A DNA stretch of 57,512 bases, counting the filler, from Streblomastix strix (taxonomy: Eukaryota): the NCBI GenBank assembly GCA_008636045.1. It is 2 parts of 2 records of this genome, joined end to end, with 100 filler letters (N's around TTAATTAATTAA, not from the genome) between each part and the next. Parts side by side here need not be neighbours in the genome. Positions count along the whole stretch, not along the records: positions 28,808 to 57,512 come from SNRW01000116.1; 1 more part is not named here. One strand, written 5' to 3'. The position numbers were made by a program, and so were the translations under genes. This document shows positions 55,019 through 57,512 of this stretch, piece by piece. The stretch's first letter is position 1; the number at the start of each line of letters is the position of its first letter. The notes under the pieces are model-generated. The model saw only the letters and a list, made by a program, of their open reading frames with translations. It was not told the origin of the DNA and did no database searches.

Positions 55019-57512
55019 ATGGAGGACGAACGATTATTATAAGCAGAAGGATTTAGGGTAAATATATTCATTTTCTGAAATTTACAAATTTTATATTTAA
55101 TGATTTATTTATTAAGGTCTTGAGGTCACTTGGTATGATTAACATTTTATGTCATTTTATTACTTAAAATGCAAATTGATTATATAATTACAGGTTAAGG
55201 TGAATATGGTCGGTTTGTTTGATATAATTTATTTATTTGCTTTTTTCTCGTTTTCAATGCATTATCTCAGAGTTTACCTTATTTATAATGCAAGTATTGG
55301 TGTTCTTACAGCCAAAATCATAAATTAAGATAATTTCAATAATGAAGGATGGAAAATTATAGGAGATATTTTAAAGTTTTGTACTTTTTATTTGTATTGC
55401 TTTAACTTATTATTTTATTTTTATATTTTAGAGGAGGTTAAAATCCATTTTTAATATAATATTTTGGAGGAAAGAAGATTGATAGTGCTGGAGTATTTAT
55501 TGTCCTAATGGAATTTGCTAATGCTGGAGTATGCTCTTTTTATTCTTTATTAATATTTATGTACATTTATTTGATTTCGATTAGAATTTGTGTAATATAA
55601 TTGATTAATAAAAAGATCTTCCTTCTGCGATTGTTAGAGCAATGTTTAAGCAACTTCGTGTGTTTTATTTTATTTCCTTTATTTATAAATTATATGAATT
55701 TATGTATATTAATTTTTTGATTTATTAGTTGAAGGCCTTCGAGTTATTAATTCAAATAATCTTGTTCATAAGTATGTCTTTTTGAAAATAATATACATAT
55801 TTAAACATTTAACATATTCATTTCCTATTATCTGTTGTATTTTATTTATAGAAATTTAAAAAGCTAAAATATTTTGATGCATAGTCCATCTGGGTCTGGA
55901 CGTGTGGTATGTCTTATGATAATAAATAAATATAAAAATTAATATAATCTCATAATAATTTCTGTTCATTAAATTATATTTTTTTATTTTCTTTGCATTT
56001 TTTAAGTTTCTTAAGATATCTGACTATGGACTGTTGAAAATGAAGAAACAAATTTCACTTTCTTCTTCTGCATTAATAAATGGGTTATTATTTCAATTCT
56101 ATTAAGTGGATTAAAAAATTAATGATTTTATTCCTATTTTTATTTTTATTCTTATGATAATTTTTCAGGTTCTTTCCAAATTTTGCTCCCGAACTTGTAT
56201 TTGGTGATGGTAAAGTTGATGCAAAGGTTTAAATATCAATAAAAGTAATCTGTTAAAAAAGAATATTACATTTAAATTAAATGAATTTAATCTTTAATAT
56301 ATTTTAATTAAATTTTTTAGGCTGATGTTTGGTCAATAGGAATTATTTTCTTTCAAATTTTGACGCATGAACTTCCATTTTAAGTTCAAACACTTGCTGA
56401 ATTGCAAACGTATTCAAATAATTATTAATTAATATTATAAATTCACTTTTAGAAAAATAGACAATTATTTTTTTTAATATTTCTTAATAATCCTTTAAGA
56501 TAAATGAGGAAAAAGAAAATTATACGACCTGCTGCTATAAAGAATGATAATTTATGGAGTTTGATATCAAATCTCCTTGCATTTGATAAAAAGGACCGCA
56601 TTTCAGCATTAGACGCATTGAAACACCCATATTTTACTGGAGAATAAGCAATAAAAGACATTCAAGAAAATATTCGTAATCTCGTTTAATCAAATTAATA
56701 GAATAAAAAAGAGGATCAGTAAGAAGATATTCGTTATGACTAAGATTATTCTTATATTGATCCATTAAGTGAAGTAAAATAAGCAATTGATATTGATCCT
56801 ATTAATAATTCTGAGCGAAAATAAGATATAATTAGTTAACCATAACTACAATAATAATCCCAATAGTCATCATTATAACAATCAGCATCATCAATATAAC
56901 AATCATCAATAGCTTCAACTTCCTCATTATCATCATCATTATTATCATCAACTTCTACTTCATCATCATCATCATCATCATCATCATCTTCTTCTTTATT
57001 AATATCTGTAGAATAATCTTCTGTTCCTAAACAATAAAAATCATATTCAATATAATAATCCAATTAGTAACAACACATTCCGAGTAGCAATGAACTAGAT
57101 TATTAAAGTCTTGAAAGTGAATTCTTTGGTGTAATGAAATATGTTCCTCTTCATTTAATTCCATATGTTGCTTTTTGTGCTGAGAGATATCTTCCTCTAT
57201 TTGCCAATCCAAATTGTTCAGTTCTTCATTTCATAAGGAAATTACCTGAAGATGATGAAGCAGGCATTCTTCAATATTAGTAATTCATGGCTCTTCTTTA
57301 TTCTTCACAAGGAAAAAAGATATTTCATGCTTAATCTAAATTGATTGGAAGCATACAAATATCATCCAATATAACAGAGGATGAGTATGAAATGAGATTT
57401 GAAGAAGAAAATGATCTGATTGTTCGATATCAAATCTCTCGAAAGAAAAGTCTCTATTAATTTAAAAATGAAATAGAAGCCAAAGTTAGTCATGTATATA
57501 CAGAGAAGCCAG
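55019..57512 (+). CDS. Ser/Thr protein kinase-like protein (probable pseudokinase), about 11 introns, 3' truncated
   Basis: Spliced: LGQGEYGRVYL, TAKII, VLMEFANAG, VHKNLKSQNILM, LKISDYG, FAPE, ADVWSIG, DRISALDALKHPYF, then an S/Q-rich linker and an open C-terminal domain. Confidence 0.9.

Noticed and set aside
56836..57063. Poly-Asp ORF on the minus strand
   Set aside because: Antisense of the Ser/Gln-rich linker of the kinase gene.

Overview
AT-rich eukaryotic DNA that reads TAA/TAG as Gln and uses TGA as the only stop, so the standard-code ORF track is mostly artefact. This code, 45-105 nt GT-AG introns, a parabasalid-like bacterial-type GAPDH and a TmcB-like membrane protein point to an oxymonad such as Streblomastix (inference). 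The window is two contigs joined by an artificial spacer at 28708-28807. The left contig holds host genes: a Q/N-rich CDS end, an Arf-like GTPase, GAPDH, a ~6,200-aa low-complexity gene with an apparent 15.7-kb exon, and a TmcB-like gene. The right contig holds two pogo-like transposase relics, a ~21-kb decayed endogenous Polinton/Maverick-like virus, and an intron-rich pseudokinase. The viral element is written in the host code. It encodes a PrimPol-SF3 helicase, RVE integrase, protein-primed PolB with an EndoVII-like insert, A32-like packaging ATPase, KilA-N, putative major and minor capsid proteins and a putative amphipathic membrane-active protein. It also has a shared upstream motif, a family of iteron-like repeats bracketing the primase-helicase module, and nested MITE and mariner insertions. 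All translations were done by hand with no database search.
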